Shown here: positions 39,470-48,674 of the stretch, piece by piece | How the letters are laid out: every line of letters starts with the position of its first letter | Numbering within the stretch: position 1 is the stretch's first letter | Source of the DNA: a virus | Direction: 5' to 3' (one strand) | Virus record (IMG/VR): IMGVR_UViG_3300002036_000007 | Location: 242-64,241 of that record | Length of the DNA stretch: 64,000 nt | The notes under the pieces: model-generated | The model's input: the letters and a program-made list of their open reading frames with translations, nothing else | Told to the model about the DNA's origin: nothing | Database searches by the model: none | Made by a program: the position numbers and the translations under genes

Positions 39470-39566
39470 AGCCTGATTAAATACTGGTATAATAGACAGT
39501 ACGGCTAAGTGTATCGAGCACCTAGCCGCACCTAATCACAACAACGGCCATATGAGGACCGATGCA

Positions 39567-40217
39567 ATGACTAATTCTAATTCTACGCGAAAGCGTATCC
39601 CCGTCAGTGAGCGAGTTGGCGAAAAATACAACAGATTAACCCTGATTAGACTCACAGAAAACAGAAAAGCCATTTTCAGGTGTGACTGCGGGGGCCTAAC
39701 AGAAAAGTACATTACCAACGTCACGAGCGAAAAAACCAAGTCATGCGGATGCTACAACCGTGAAGCAGCTAGAAAGATGGGCAAGCTAAATACACATGGA
39801 TGCTCTAAAAACCCATCATATGGAAACTACCATTCAATGATGCAGCGGTGCTACAACCCCAAGGCCGATGGATATGATAGCTATGGCGCAGTCGGCATAA
39901 CGGTTTGCGATGAGTGGAAAGGCAACCCACGGCAGTTCATAAACGACATGGGGCCGAGACCATCAAAGACTCATAGTCTTGACAGATATCCGAATAAAAA
40001 AGGTAATTATGAACCGAGTAATTGTCGGTGGGCCACGCCAACACAGCAAGCTCGTAATACAAGGTCCAATAGACTATCAATGCCTATGGTGAGGAAAATG
40101 CGCAAAGATTACGCTACAGGCAAGTACACAATAAGGCAAATAACTCAAAAGTATGCGCCCTTGGCTCATAACGATACTGTGGGGAATGCTCTTAATAACA
40201 ACACCTGGAAAGAGTGA
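39567..40217 (+). CDS. HNH homing-type endonuclease
   Basis: GEKYNRLT...CDCG...SCGC, MMQRCYNP...YGAVGITVCDEW, SLDRYPNKKGNYEPSNCRWAT; GAGGA RBS before ATG 39567. Confidence 0.88.
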   Translation: MTNSNSTRKRIPVSERVGEKYNRLTLIRLTENRKAIFRCDCGGLTEKYITNVTSEKTKSCGCYNREAARKMGKLNTHGCSKNPSYGNYHSMMQRCYNPKADGYDSYGAVGITVCDEWKGNPRQFINDMGPRPSKTHSLDRYPNKKGNYEPSNCRWATPTQQARNTRSNRLSMPMVRKMRKDYATGKYTIRQITQKYAPLAHNDTVGNALNNNTWKE

Positions 40218-42427
40218 TGGATATAAAATCGTTTCGCGAACAATACCCAATGTATGAATCGATCAGCGACGCCGATCTTGCCAACAAACTTTACACAAAA
40301 CACTATTCGTCAAAATTGTCCCGCAGCGAATTTGACTTAAAATTTCTCGGCGCGCCAGAAAAGTCAGATAGTTTTTTAGGAGAGGAGTCAGGCGATTGGT
40401 GGCTTACTAAGCAAGCCAAGAAAGCCACCCGTGGTGCTATTGATGCGTTTCAAGGAGATGCGGAGTTCAAAGAAATGGGTTCTTTCAAAGACAGCGGAGC
40501 GTTAAAAGATGTCGGGTTAATTGATCGAGCTAAGTTTGTAGGTTCAGAGTTATTTGGTGATGGTCAGGACCTCACCAACCGCATAAAAGACTTATACCCA
40601 GACGCGCAAATCAAGAAGGATGCGAATGGCAACACCTATGCTGAACTTCCAGATGGGCGTAAGGGATATGTCGAAGTTCCAGGCATGGATAGCTCAGACA
40701 TTGCCAAAGGCGTTGCAACAGCCGCGGCATTCACGCCCGGCGCTAGAGTTGCGTCAATGGCCGGCAGTGTTGGCAGCAGGGTGCTCGCGGGCAGCGTAGC
40801 TGCCGCAGGAACTGATGCAGCGCTCCAGAAGGCTGCGGGCAGAGATGAAATCGACGGCGGTCAGGTAGCGTTAAATGCTGCTGTCGGTGGTGGTGGTGAG
40901 GCTTTCGCGCCGTTGGTCGGTGGCATTATTAAGAAGCTATGGAACGCAGATCAAGCCAAATGGCGGTCAATGAGCCGATCTAAGCAGAACCAGGCTATCA
41001 AACGTCAGTTAATAAAAGACGGGTACAAGCCTGCTGATTTGCAAGGCATGATTGATGGGCGCGGTTTTGGTGAGGCGCGGGTTGCTGGTGCTAACGCTAT
41101 ATCAGCAGAGGCGCAATTGGCGCAAAAGGAATTCGGCTTCAAGCACTCTCGCGGTCAAGCCATGCCGGAAGGAACGCTAAAGCAACAGACAGCCAAAGAG
41201 CTGCAATTAAACAACGAAGAGTTATTGGAACAGCTTCCGAACGAAGGCGGTCAGAAACTAAGGAAATATAAATCTGATAATTACGCACAGCTTGATAAGG
41301 TTATCAACGACATGGTGGCTGATATGTCGGGCGGTGTCGCACAAGGAACATCGAGAAACGATAGCGCAAGGCGTGTGCATGAGGGCCTGGTGAGAGCCAG
41401 GGACAAGTCTAAACAAGCTTATGATGCTGAATATGCAAAAGCCGATGGGATGAACGCAGAGGTAAGCGGACTGGTTACTATTCCGATGGCAAGCCGAATG
41501 ATTGAACGTCTTCAGAGTCAGGGCGTACATGTTGATGACATGGGCGGCGAAGTTGGCAAACTTACAAAAGGCGCGTTTGCGGTCTTAAAGGAACTGCAAA
41601 CTAAACCGCAGTCAGGCATACATCGCATTGAAAACCAGCGCAAGATGATTAACAACATGCTAAACGATACCAAAATCAGTGACCCTATGGATCACCGAGC
41701 ACTGGCTATTATCAAGCGTGAATTTGATGAATCTATCGCAGAAGCGTTCGACGACCATTTAATCAAGGGCGATCCTGAAGCGCTGAAAGTACTGCAAGAA
41801 AGTCGTGCACTGTACGCCGACTATTCGCGTAAATTTAACAATCCAGATCAGGCCGGAAAGCTGATACAAAAAATGGTCGAGGATGAAACCGATCCGGCAG
41901 AGGTAGCTAAGATGGCATTTGGCGCTACCGGATTAAAAACAGGCGCATCCCGTTTTGTTAATCGATACGCTAAAGCGGTCGGCGGTAAAGACACACCAGA
42001 ATTTGACGCATTGCGCGAAACGTATTTGCAAACAGCGTTGACCAGTGGAGGTGCTGATAATTTGGGCATGGATGCCATGATCACCAGATTAAATAAGGTA
42101 TTGCGCGGTGATGGAGAAGAGACAGTCAAAGCGCTTTATTCAAAAGATGAGGTAGCAAAATTACACCGTCTTGAGAGAGCCTTAAAAACGATGGTTAAAA
42201 AAGGTGATCGGGCGAGGTCATCCGGTACAGCAGAGAGAATGATCCGGTATTTATCAGCTTCTCAATTGTCAAATATTCCCGGTATTAGTGGCCTGATAGG
42301 CGTATTTGAAAATATGGCCAATCATGGGGCGCTCAGGAGAGCCACAACAGCACCGAGACAGTTGGCAGCTCCAATCAACGCATCACCAGCCGCCGCCGCT
42401 GCTATCGCTGTCAATGGCGATGAGTAG
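40214..42427 (+). CDS. large DNA ejection protein (P22 gp16/gp20-like position)
   Basis: 737 aa; N-term FREQYPMYESISDADLANKLY motif; helical; ends the virion module. Confidence 0.7.
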   Translation: MMDIKSFREQYPMYESISDADLANKLYTKHYSSKLSRSEFDLKFLGAPEKSDSFLGEESGDWWLTKQAKKATRGAIDAFQGDAEFKEMGSFKDSGALKDVGLIDRAKFVGSELFGDGQDLTNRIKDLYPDAQIKKDANGNTYAELPDGRKGYVEVPGMDSSDIAKGVATAAAFTPGARVASMAGSVGSRVLAGSVAAAGTDAALQKAAGRDEIDGGQVALNAAVGGGGEAFAPLVGGIIKKLWNADQAKWRSMSRSKQNQAIKRQLIKDGYKPADLQGMIDGRGFGEARVAGANAISAEAQLAQKEFGFKHSRGQAMPEGTLKQQTAKELQLNNEELLEQLPNEGGQKLRKYKSDNYAQLDKVINDMVADMSGGVAQGTSRNDSARRVHEGLVRARDKSKQAYDAEYAKADGMNAEVSGLVTIPMASRMIERLQSQGVHVDDMGGEVGKLTKGAFAVLKELQTKPQSGIHRIENQRKMINNMLNDTKISDPMDHRALAIIKREFDESIAEAFDDHLIKGDPEALKVLQESRALYADYSRKFNNPDQAGKLIQKMVEDETDPAEVAKMAFGATGLKTGASRFVNRYAKAVGGKDTPEFDALRETYLQTALTSGGADNLGMDAMITRLNKVLRGDGEETVKALYSKDEVAKLHRLERALKTMVKKGDRARSSGTAERMIRYLSASQLSNIPGISGLIGVFENMANHGALRRATTAPRQLAAPINASPAAAAAIAVNGDE

Positions 42428-42554
42428 GTGTGGTTTGCCGTATACCCGCTGTCTACACCCCACAAGGAGGACTGTACGGCATCATTGAAGGGCGTCTTTA
42501 CTGTGCCCATTATTGCTGCCCATCGGATATCGAGCACCACGGCATTAGTTTATA

Positions 42555-42803
42555 TCATTTAACGCAAGTGACGACCCTGTTATTTATATTAAACTTTACC
42601 GTCATTGATGCACGCCGGTCGCTTTCAAAAAATATGTACACCACGCCGTCAATGCACACATCGGTTGAATTACTTTCGTTTAGCCAGAAATCCGCACTTC
42701 TTTTTGCTTCAGCTTTGTTAAGACTGGATTGCTCTTGCGGTGTTGTTTTTTCGGCACAGCCTGAAATGAAAACAATTAGAAGTGTAAGCCATAATTTCAT
42801 CAT
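42555..42803 (-). CDS. small lipoprotein
   Basis: MMKLWLTLLIVFISG-C lipobox. Confidence 0.7.
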   Translation of the reverse strand: MMKLWLTLLIVFISGCAEKTTPQEQSSLNKAEAKRSADFWLNESNSTDVCIDGVVYIFFESDRRASMTVKFNINNRVVTCVK

Positions 42804-42822
42804 GAACGCACCATTTATTTAA

Positions 42823-42966
42823 CTACTGACGACGAAAGTACCAGTCGTAACCATACGCAATAGCCACCATTACAATAAAAGCCACAGCCACCCCATACAT
42901 CCCCCATAGCGCATGAGAGCCGTATATAGCGCCGCCTGCAATCGTGTAGCTGATTAGTCTTGCCAT
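42823..42966 (-). CDS. 47-aa membrane peptide (not in ORF track)
   Basis: MARLISYTIAGGAIYGSHALWGMYGVAVAFIVMVAIAYGYDWYFRRQ. Confidence 0.5.
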   Translation of the reverse strand: MARLISYTIAGGAIYGSHALWGMYGVAVAFIVMVAIAYGYDWYFRRQ

Positions 42967-42978
42967 TCGCCGCTGTGT

Positions 42979-43254
42979 TTAGTCGTTGATATGGGGTGCC
43001 ACACCTTCGCGTTCATAGCGTTCACGCGCTGCATTAAATATGTGCTCTAATTTAGGCCCATCTTCTAAGCCTTCAGACATGGCTTGCCCGTTTAGAACGG
43101 CATCATAACCTTTCATTTTAATGGCGTAGAATGACAGCTCAACAATATTTTTCTTGTTCGTGAATCTGAGCCGCAAAACTTCACTTATTAAAGAAACGTC
43201 GTCCATAACGCTGTTATTAATTATTTCAATTATTTTTTTAGTGTATTCGTTCAT
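42979..43254 (-). CDS. hypothetical protein
   Basis: Probable start MNEYTKK at 43254; the longer track start overlaps the divergent ORF. Confidence 0.5.
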   Translation of the reverse strand: MNEYTKKIIEIINNSVMDDVSLISEVLRLRFTNKKNIVELSFYAIKMKGYDAVLNGQAMSEGLEDGPKLEHIFNAARERYEREGVAPHIND

Positions 43255-43346
43255 TTGGGTATAAGCCTTGCATTTGAAGGGCAGAGAGTCAACCCTGACC
43301 CTCCCAGCATTGGCGTGCTGGTTCATCAATCTAAGGTAGTAGATCA

Positions 43347-43634
43347 ATGGCCCTATTTAATAATAGCCGTATTTCCACAGATAACATCCCCCGATCATTA
43401 ACATCGCTAGAACTGCGCAGAATCACTGGTAAAAATACACCTATCGAGCAGTTGAACGTTTTTGCAACACTTGGCATACCAGCACACCCAAGAAATCCAA
43501 CCGGCTACCATATTATCGAATGTTTGGCATACACCAATGAGGTACGCCCGTTTTTTACTGATGACGAATGGGCTGCTATTGACGATGAAAATATTGGCAC
43601 TTTATTACTAGAAGATTTTCTGAAGCAAGCCTGA
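43347..43634 (+). CDS. DUF4224-like (excisionase-like) small protein
   Basis: LTSLELRRITGK...EQLNVFATLGIP resembles LT..EL..LTG...Q...L...GI. Confidence 0.4.
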   Translation: MALFNNSRISTDNIPRSLTSLELRRITGKNTPIEQLNVFATLGIPAHPRNPTGYHIIECLAYTNEVRPFFTDDEWAAIDDENIGTLLLEDFLKQA

Positions 43635-44039
43635 AAGCTGAGCCACGGATGGCACAAAACCAAACAAAGCAGGGTGTCTCACGTACAGATAAGCTACACC
43701 CAGTATAACAGCCAGTAGAGCAAGGCCAAACCAGCGCCATCCAGTACGCTTGTACTCGCCTGTAGTACATCGTTCAGCTACTTTGATTGCATCGTTAACC
43801 GACACCTTAAAGAACTCTCTGCGTGGATTAGCGCGGCAATGCTTCAGCTCTCTGAAAATAGCCGATTCAGTGGCCCTACGATCAGGCACATCAATCTCAT
43901 ACTGAACTTTGAAAGGATAGGGCACCGACGTATTAAACAGAGAATCTAGCCGCTGTCGTAGCTTTGTGGTCATGCCGATTTTGCACAGACCGGGCATCGA
44001 TTTGTTGGTGAGTATGTAGACCTTGCCGGATTTAGCCAT
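43608..44039 (-). CDS. T5orf172/GIY-YIG domain protein with a C-terminal TM helix
   Basis: GKVYILTNKSMPGLCKIGMT...SVPYPF...REFF; TM WFGLALLAVILGVAYLYV. Confidence 0.8.
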   Translation of the reverse strand: MAKSGKVYILTNKSMPGLCKIGMTTKLRQRLDSLFNTSVPYPFKVQYEIDVPDRRATESAIFRELKHCRANPRREFFKVSVNDAIKVAERCTTGEYKRTGWRWFGLALLAVILGVAYLYVRHPALFGFVPSVAQLSGLLQKIF

Positions 44040-44046
44040 GATGTTT

Positions 44047-44292
44047 TTATGAGTGACTGTAATTGGACAACTGGTGTCGCTTAGCTTGACTATAACCAAT
44101 CAGACTTTTGTCAAACTTTTGTATGTGATGGGTGCGTATTTTCTTTAACGCATTATTCCCGATCTCGTTTATCGCTTTGCGGTTGACGCCGCACACTTCT
44201 GCTATCTCACAATCTCTCAATGTCTGCCCACGCTCGGCATGTTCAACCAGAGCAGCAAGACCGATATCGATATCAGTGTTTCTCTTTCTCAT
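44047..44292 (-). CDS. sigma70 region-4-like HTH protein
   Basis: TLRDCEIAEVCGVNRKAINEIGNNALKKIR. Confidence 0.65.
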   Translation of the reverse strand: MRKRNTDIDIGLAALVEHAERGQTLRDCEIAEVCGVNRKAINEIGNNALKKIRTHHIQKFDKSLIGYSQAKRHQLSNYSHS

Positions 44293-45070
44293 GTTGATTC
44301 ACCTTTGGGTTATAAGAATTGCCAGTGCGTTCAAGTACTTTGCTAATTTCTGATTCTGGTAGCTCCTGGTAGATCGTTGTGGTTGCTGCGCTCTTGTGAC
44401 CAAGTACCTGTTGAACTGTTTTCAAGTGCTCGCCTTGATCGTGCAGCATTTTAGTGGCTAACGTTCTGCGTCCTGAATGGCTCGAAGCGCGATCAATGCC
44501 GGTCCATTGGAACATTTTGGACATGTGCATTTGCAGGGTGTTCGGAATGTATGCACCGCCTTTCTGAGAAAGTATCAGCGGTGCGTTAGGCTTCAGTGTC
44601 TCGCCTGAATCAATCCTATCGTCCAGGTAGCGAATGATTGCGTTCTGTAGGTCTGTATCAGCCAGCGGTAGCTCGCGCGTCTTACCGGCTCGCTTTTTTA
44701 GGGCGGGGTAGTAGTCTGATGGCTCCATTGTGCTTCCATCAATACCCATCTTATAAACCAAGCGAAGAATGCGGTCAAACTCATCGATAGGATGGGTAAC
44801 GCTGGTTCTAACACTCTTAGCCTTTCCATCAGCGCCCTTGGTAAACGACTTGGGCAGCACCAGCACATCCTTTAAATCATACTCTGTGCCGTCTATGTGT
44901 GCGACCTGACGAACGCGCAGCAACGATATCTCCTTTACACGCAATCCCAACTTAAAACTAATCTGCATGATCAATGCATTTTTGGCAGGGTGACGGTGCT
45001 TTTCAATATTAGCGAAAAGCTGCTCAACCTCGGTATTCGAGAGTACTTTTGCTTGACCGTCTTTTGCCAT
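44273..45070 (-). CDS. tyrosine recombinase, catalytic domain only
   Basis: LGLRVKEI (R), K, SSHSGRRT (HxxR), LGHKSAATTTIY (H/Y). Confidence 0.9.
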   Translation of the reverse strand: MAKDGQAKVLSNTEVEQLFANIEKHRHPAKNALIMQISFKLGLRVKEISLLRVRQVAHIDGTEYDLKDVLVLPKSFTKGADGKAKSVRTSVTHPIDEFDRILRLVYKMGIDGSTMEPSDYYPALKKRAGKTRELPLADTDLQNAIIRYLDDRIDSGETLKPNAPLILSQKGGAYIPNTLQMHMSKMFQWTGIDRASSHSGRRTLATKMLHDQGEHLKTVQQVLGHKSAATTTIYQELPESEISKVLERTGNSYNPKVNQHEKEKH

Positions 45071-45073
45071 TGT

Positions 45074-45481
45074 TTATTGCGGCTCGTCCGCGTCGAGATG
45101 CCCAGCTTTTACCCTGAAAGTCGTTTCCATAACTGCTTTGCGAGTATTTTCTTTTAAAGATGCCTTGAATTCATCTGATTGAAGAATCTCATTGGTCGCA
45201 TCTGTAACCATACTCTTCATATCGGACTCGTCTATAGCGTCCCTAACTGCTGACCAAATAGCTTGGTGCATAGCTTGGCGTGCGTTACTTTCTATCCAGT
45301 TGTCTTCCTTGTCGTGCAGCCATGACTTTTCGAATGCAGATTTGAGCATTTCATCCAAGCCGTCGCGAGGCAATGCGGCAGTCACTAAGCTTGTAACTAC
45401 TTGCTTTATTGAATCTTGAACGTGACCGTTAAATTCATCACGATCTAGTTCCATCTTAAAAGCGGTGTCTTGATCTGTCAT
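45074..45481 (-). CDS. hypothetical helical protein
   Basis: AGGA RBS; adjacent to the recombinase. Confidence 0.6.
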   Translation of the reverse strand: MTDQDTAFKMELDRDEFNGHVQDSIKQVVTSLVTAALPRDGLDEMLKSAFEKSWLHDKEDNWIESNARQAMHQAIWSAVRDAIDESDMKSMVTDATNEILQSDEFKASLKENTRKAVMETTFRVKAGHLDADEPQ

Positions 45482-45556
45482 TTGTGTTTCCTGGTCTATT
45501 TATCGAGAGTGCAGGGTATCAAATAAAATATGTACTAATCCGATTTCTACATATTA

Positions 45557-45871
45557 TTACGCTGAAAGCTTATTTTTAGCGTCAAGATGACAAATGATAG
45601 CGATCATGCACAACATGGCGAATGAACAAAAAGCAGAACCCGCCGCTAGCAATGAACGCACTATCGAGTCAAAGCCTGTTAAACGCTCTGCGGCATGCAC
45701 CATAGGAACCGTTGCAACAATTATTAGTAAGCAAAGGAACGTAAAAATTGCCACCCGTACTCGCCCTGGTTTTTCAGCGTTTCCAGCCATACACATGATT
45801 AACATAAACACAATCCAATAAACGCCCATACCAACATCAGTCATAAAAAAAACAATCAGCGATTCAAACAT
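45557..45871 (-). CDS. 3-TM membrane protein
   Basis: Three hydrophobic helices. Confidence 0.65.
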   Translation of the reverse strand: MFESLIVFFMTDVGMGVYWIVFMLIMCMAGNAEKPGRVRVAIFTFLCLLIIVATVPMVHAAERLTGFDSIVRSLLAAGSAFCSFAMLCMIAIICHLDAKNKLSA

Positions 45872-45968
45872 GTATCACCCAATCAATAAACATAAGAATG
45901 TATCCAATGGCCACGAATGCCGCGTAAATCACAAGGCCACAGGCAGCTAGTTTGATGAACTTACTCAC
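45864..45968 (-). CDS. 34-aa single-TM peptide (not in ORF track)
   Basis: GTG start; MSKFIKLAACGLVIYAAFVAIGYILMFIDWVIHV; overlaps both neighbours. Confidence 0.5.
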   Translation of the reverse strand: MSKFIKLAACGLVIYAAFVAIGYILMFIDWVIHV

Positions 45969-46288
45969 GGATTCAAGTTAAGCAACTGACTGGTTTCATT
46001 GTCCAGTCCGTATCCTTCAGGAATGCGCTTGTCAACGTACTCATCCCTGCGCTGTTGTTTGCGCTGTCTTGTCATCCAGGGCTCAAGGAATGTCCAGTGG
46101 CCAAACTCATCCAGGTGACATCTTTTGTTTACACCATAAACGTTAACAACGCGCTCCCCAGGAACACTCTTGAATCCACCAGATGGCCTGCACAACCAGT
46201 CAGCGCTAAGCGCATCGGATATACCACCGCCTTTAGCGCAGCCTGCCAGCACCCAAACAGATGCCACAATAAGCAATGCGGCTTTCAT
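45965..46288 (-). CDS. lipoprotein
   Basis: MKAALLIVASVWVLAG-C lipobox. Confidence 0.7.
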   Translation of the reverse strand: MKAALLIVASVWVLAGCAKGGGISDALSADWLCRPSGGFKSVPGERVVNVYGVNKRCHLDEFGHWTFLEPWMTRQRKQQRRDEYVDKRIPEGYGLDNETSQLLNLNP

Positions 46289-46797
46289 TGGACACCTTTC
46301 GCTGTCAGATAGTTGAGTTCACTTTGACTAAGGGCTGCCGGTTGAATCGGTTCGTCTAGCTGTTCTGGTTCGTACAGAAAAGCTGGGCCGCGATCTGTGT
46401 CTACGTATTTGGCGTGTATCAAGCCCAGTTCGCGCTCGATGTTATGCGCCTTTTGTATCATCGGTATGGTCATTGAATTGACCGGTGTTGCACGAGTTTG
46501 CTCTGCCATTTGCATGAGCACCCTGACTTGGTTCTGGTCTATTTTTTCATCATCGGTTAATTCGACCTCCTGTAACGACTCCTGTTGCATCACCACGATT
46601 TGCTGACCATTTGGGTGCCGCTGCACTAGCTGACGTTCTATAACAGGCTGGCTAGGCATCTGGTTAATGATGATCGGCTGTAGCGGTTGTGCTGGCGTTT
46701 GCACTTGCACCGAACGGTCAGGTTGCAAGAACGGCGAATTTAACGTGCAGCCGCTCGCTAGAACTGCGCTTAGTAATGCTGTGGTTCGTAGTTTCAT
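46285..46797 (-). CDS. lipoprotein with a Q/P-rich linker
   Basis: MKLRTTALLSAVLASG-C lipobox. Confidence 0.7.
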   Translation of the reverse strand: MKLRTTALLSAVLASGCTLNSPFLQPDRSVQVQTPAQPLQPIIINQMPSQPVIERQLVQRHPNGQQIVVMQQESLQEVELTDDEKIDQNQVRVLMQMAEQTRATPVNSMTIPMIQKAHNIERELGLIHAKYVDTDRGPAFLYEPEQLDEPIQPAALSQSELNYLTAKGVQ

Positions 46798-46805
46798 TGT
46801 GGCCC

Positions 46806-47336
46806 CTATTTAACTAAAGAAAACTTTGCCTTGACAGGCTTGGTAACGATGTATGATCTGCCGCTCTTTTTTAAGTACTTCTGTTTGGACAATTCAATTT
46901 TGACCTTGTTGATCAAAGGATCGCCCATGCTGTATGGCTTGGCTCGACCAGTCTTATTGATAAATGCAGAGCCGTCTGGAATCACATCATTGTCGATATC
47001 GCGCTTTATCCACTCCACCATTTTCAATAGGTGGTCTGAATTCACTGTGCCCGTTTTGCCTTTACCTTTGCCGGTTTTGGTTGGCGTACGCTTAGCTTTC
47101 CTCTTGGCTGCAGATTTCTTCTTGGGCGCGGCCTTTTTTCTAACAACTGGCTTCTTACCCTTGCTGGCTACCTTTCTAACTATCCTGCTACCGGGATTGG
47201 AAGCGATTGATCGAATATCAACGACCTTCTTATCATCAGACAGTGGTTCAACCGGCTTATTGTTGGTCTCGGCAAGCCTGGTATCGGCGGTGCTGTTTCC
47301 ACTCTGACCGCCGAAATTTCGACTTGCCGTTACCCC
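46806..47336 (-). CDS. -1 frame extension of the 47330-48142 membrane protein (Lys-rich histone-like segment plus HTH-like end)
   Basis: Frame open from the slippery site to the stop at 46806, with no ATG/GTG/TTG for ~96 codons before the GTG at 47045. Confidence 0.7.
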   Translation of the reverse strand, partial: GVTASRNFGGQSGNSTADTRLAETNNKPVEPLSDDKKVVDIRSIASNPGSRIVRKVASKGKKPVVRKKAAPKKKSAAKRKAKRTPTKTGKGKGKTGTVNSDHLLKMVEWIKRDIDNDVIPDGSAFINKTGRAKPYSMGDPLINKVKIELSKQKYLKKSGRSYIVTKPVKAKFSLVK

Positions 47337-48142
47337 TTTTTTGGCGATACCTCTTCACCTTCGTCTATGTCGATGGTCAGGTTTCGCTTGCCGTTCAGGT
47401 TGCTCAACATAATGGTCATGCTGAGCGGAAACAGCGTTAAGAAAAACGCCTTCGCAAGCGCCCAAGCAAACGGCGAAACGTGAGTCTTCTCTTCCATCTT
47501 GTCTAGCGACTTTTGAAGCGGGCTGAGTGATGACGCATCGGTCGCCTGATTAACTTCAGCGGTTGCTTGATCAAGCTGCCTATATTGCGCCTGTGCTGCT
47601 TTGTCGGTCACTGAAACATAGTCGGAATTAGTCTCGCCAAGTCTGTCTAATTGCCCTCCTGCTGCCTTTGCTCTCGCATTAGCAATGCCCATAAGTGCTT
47701 GGCCTCTTGGCGAATTATCGACCTCGGCCTGAATGCCGGTGAATGTCTCATTCATAAACATGGCCGTACTGGTGTAGATACTGATGCCTTCACCTATAAG
47801 CAGTATGCAGCCCATTAAGAAAACATTCAGATGCCTTCCAGCGCTGTAGTTAAGACCAATGTAATAAGCTGAAATATGAGCGCAAATAATGAACAAGCAA
47901 AATGTAAAAACAGTGGCAACCTTTACCCATGTTTCAGCCTGTGCGGCTTGCGCCAACCCAAATCCGCTGGCCTGTCTTAGCGATATAGCGATACAAACCC
48001 AGCCCAGTACGATTCCAATCCAAAGCAGTTTTTGCCAGGATATGATTCGCTTCAAATGAAGCACGACATTTTTAACGGGTTGTTTTGGTTTCTCGTCAAG
48101 CTTCTTCCTGCCCCACCATGTACGCTCTGCTGCTGCACTCAT
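47330..48142 (-). CDS. membrane protein: 3 TM + coiled-coil-like loop + 1 TM; ends in a slippery site
   Basis: Four hydrophobic helices; ends CCA AAA AAG GGG TAA. Confidence 0.75.
   Translation of the reverse strand: MSAAAERTWWGRKKLDEKPKQPVKNVVLHLKRIISWQKLLWIGIVLGWVCIAISLRQASGFGLAQAAQAETWVKVATVFTFCLFIICAHISAYYIGLNYSAGRHLNVFLMGCILLIGEGISIYTSTAMFMNETFTGIQAEVDNSPRGQALMGIANARAKAAGGQLDRLGETNSDYVSVTDKAAQAQYRQLDQATAEVNQATDASSLSPLQKSLDKMEEKTHVSPFAWALAKAFFLTLFPLSMTIMLSNLNGKRNLTIDIDEGEEVSPKKG
47336..47342 (-). other. putative -1 ribosomal frameshift heptamer A_AAA_AAG
   Basis: Minus strand AGGTGAAGAGGTATCGCC-AAAAAAG-GGGTAA; SD-like GAGGT upstream; stem TCGGCGGT/ACCGCCGA downstream. Confidence 0.7.
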
Positions 48143-48648
48143 TTGGAATTACCTCGATTTTGTTGTGCTGTTAGATGGCTATCACCAGCCCAAAACGACG
48201 CAGTGAAAGACGCGACAATGCCAAGCGCGAAAAGTATCTGCATATCGATTTTCATTGGCAGGAATATCGCCACAGCCAGAAAAGTGACGCCGGAACACAT
48301 CGACCCAATTTGGACACTGATTCGATATGTGAAAAAAACAAACGGAATCAGGGCCAATTGCATCAACACCGCCAGCATTGCTCGCTCTATATCAATCAAA
48401 TGCTCGGGTGATGCGTCGTGGATCGCAAAGCCAGTTGCAGCCCACATGGCGACACCAGGCAAGCCAGAGGCGATCAGCGGTGCTAGCTGTCCATAACAGT
48501 CCTTATCGACCGCCGCAAAGCTATTGGGGTCTTGCGCTACAGAGCTTCTACCGGGCGGCAGAGCTTCAATGACTGGCAGATATTGCGACGGTTCGAGCGC
48601 AACAGCAAGCGCACTCTCCCCGCCGTTGCTATGATTAGCGTGGGACAT
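48139..48648 (-). CDS. 4-TM membrane protein
   Basis: Hydrophobic helices in the C-terminal two thirds; GGAG RBS. Confidence 0.7.
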   Translation of the reverse strand: MSHANHSNGGESALAVALEPSQYLPVIEALPPGRSSVAQDPNSFAAVDKDCYGQLAPLIASGLPGVAMWAATGFAIHDASPEHLIDIERAMLAVLMQLALIPFVFFTYRISVQIGSMCSGVTFLAVAIFLPMKIDMQILFALGIVASFTASFWAGDSHLTAQQNRGNSK

Positions 48649-48674
48649 TGATAGACTCCAGACAGTCTGTTGGT

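Noticed and set aside
42430-42822. 130-aa plus-strand ORF after the last ejection gene
   Set aside because: Antisense to a lipoprotein gene with a clear lipobox; no RBS or motif supports it
46831-47307. 158-aa plus-strand ORF rich in Phe/Leu
   Set aside because: It is the reverse complement of the Lys-rich frameshift extension; AAG/AAA codons read as CTT/TTT
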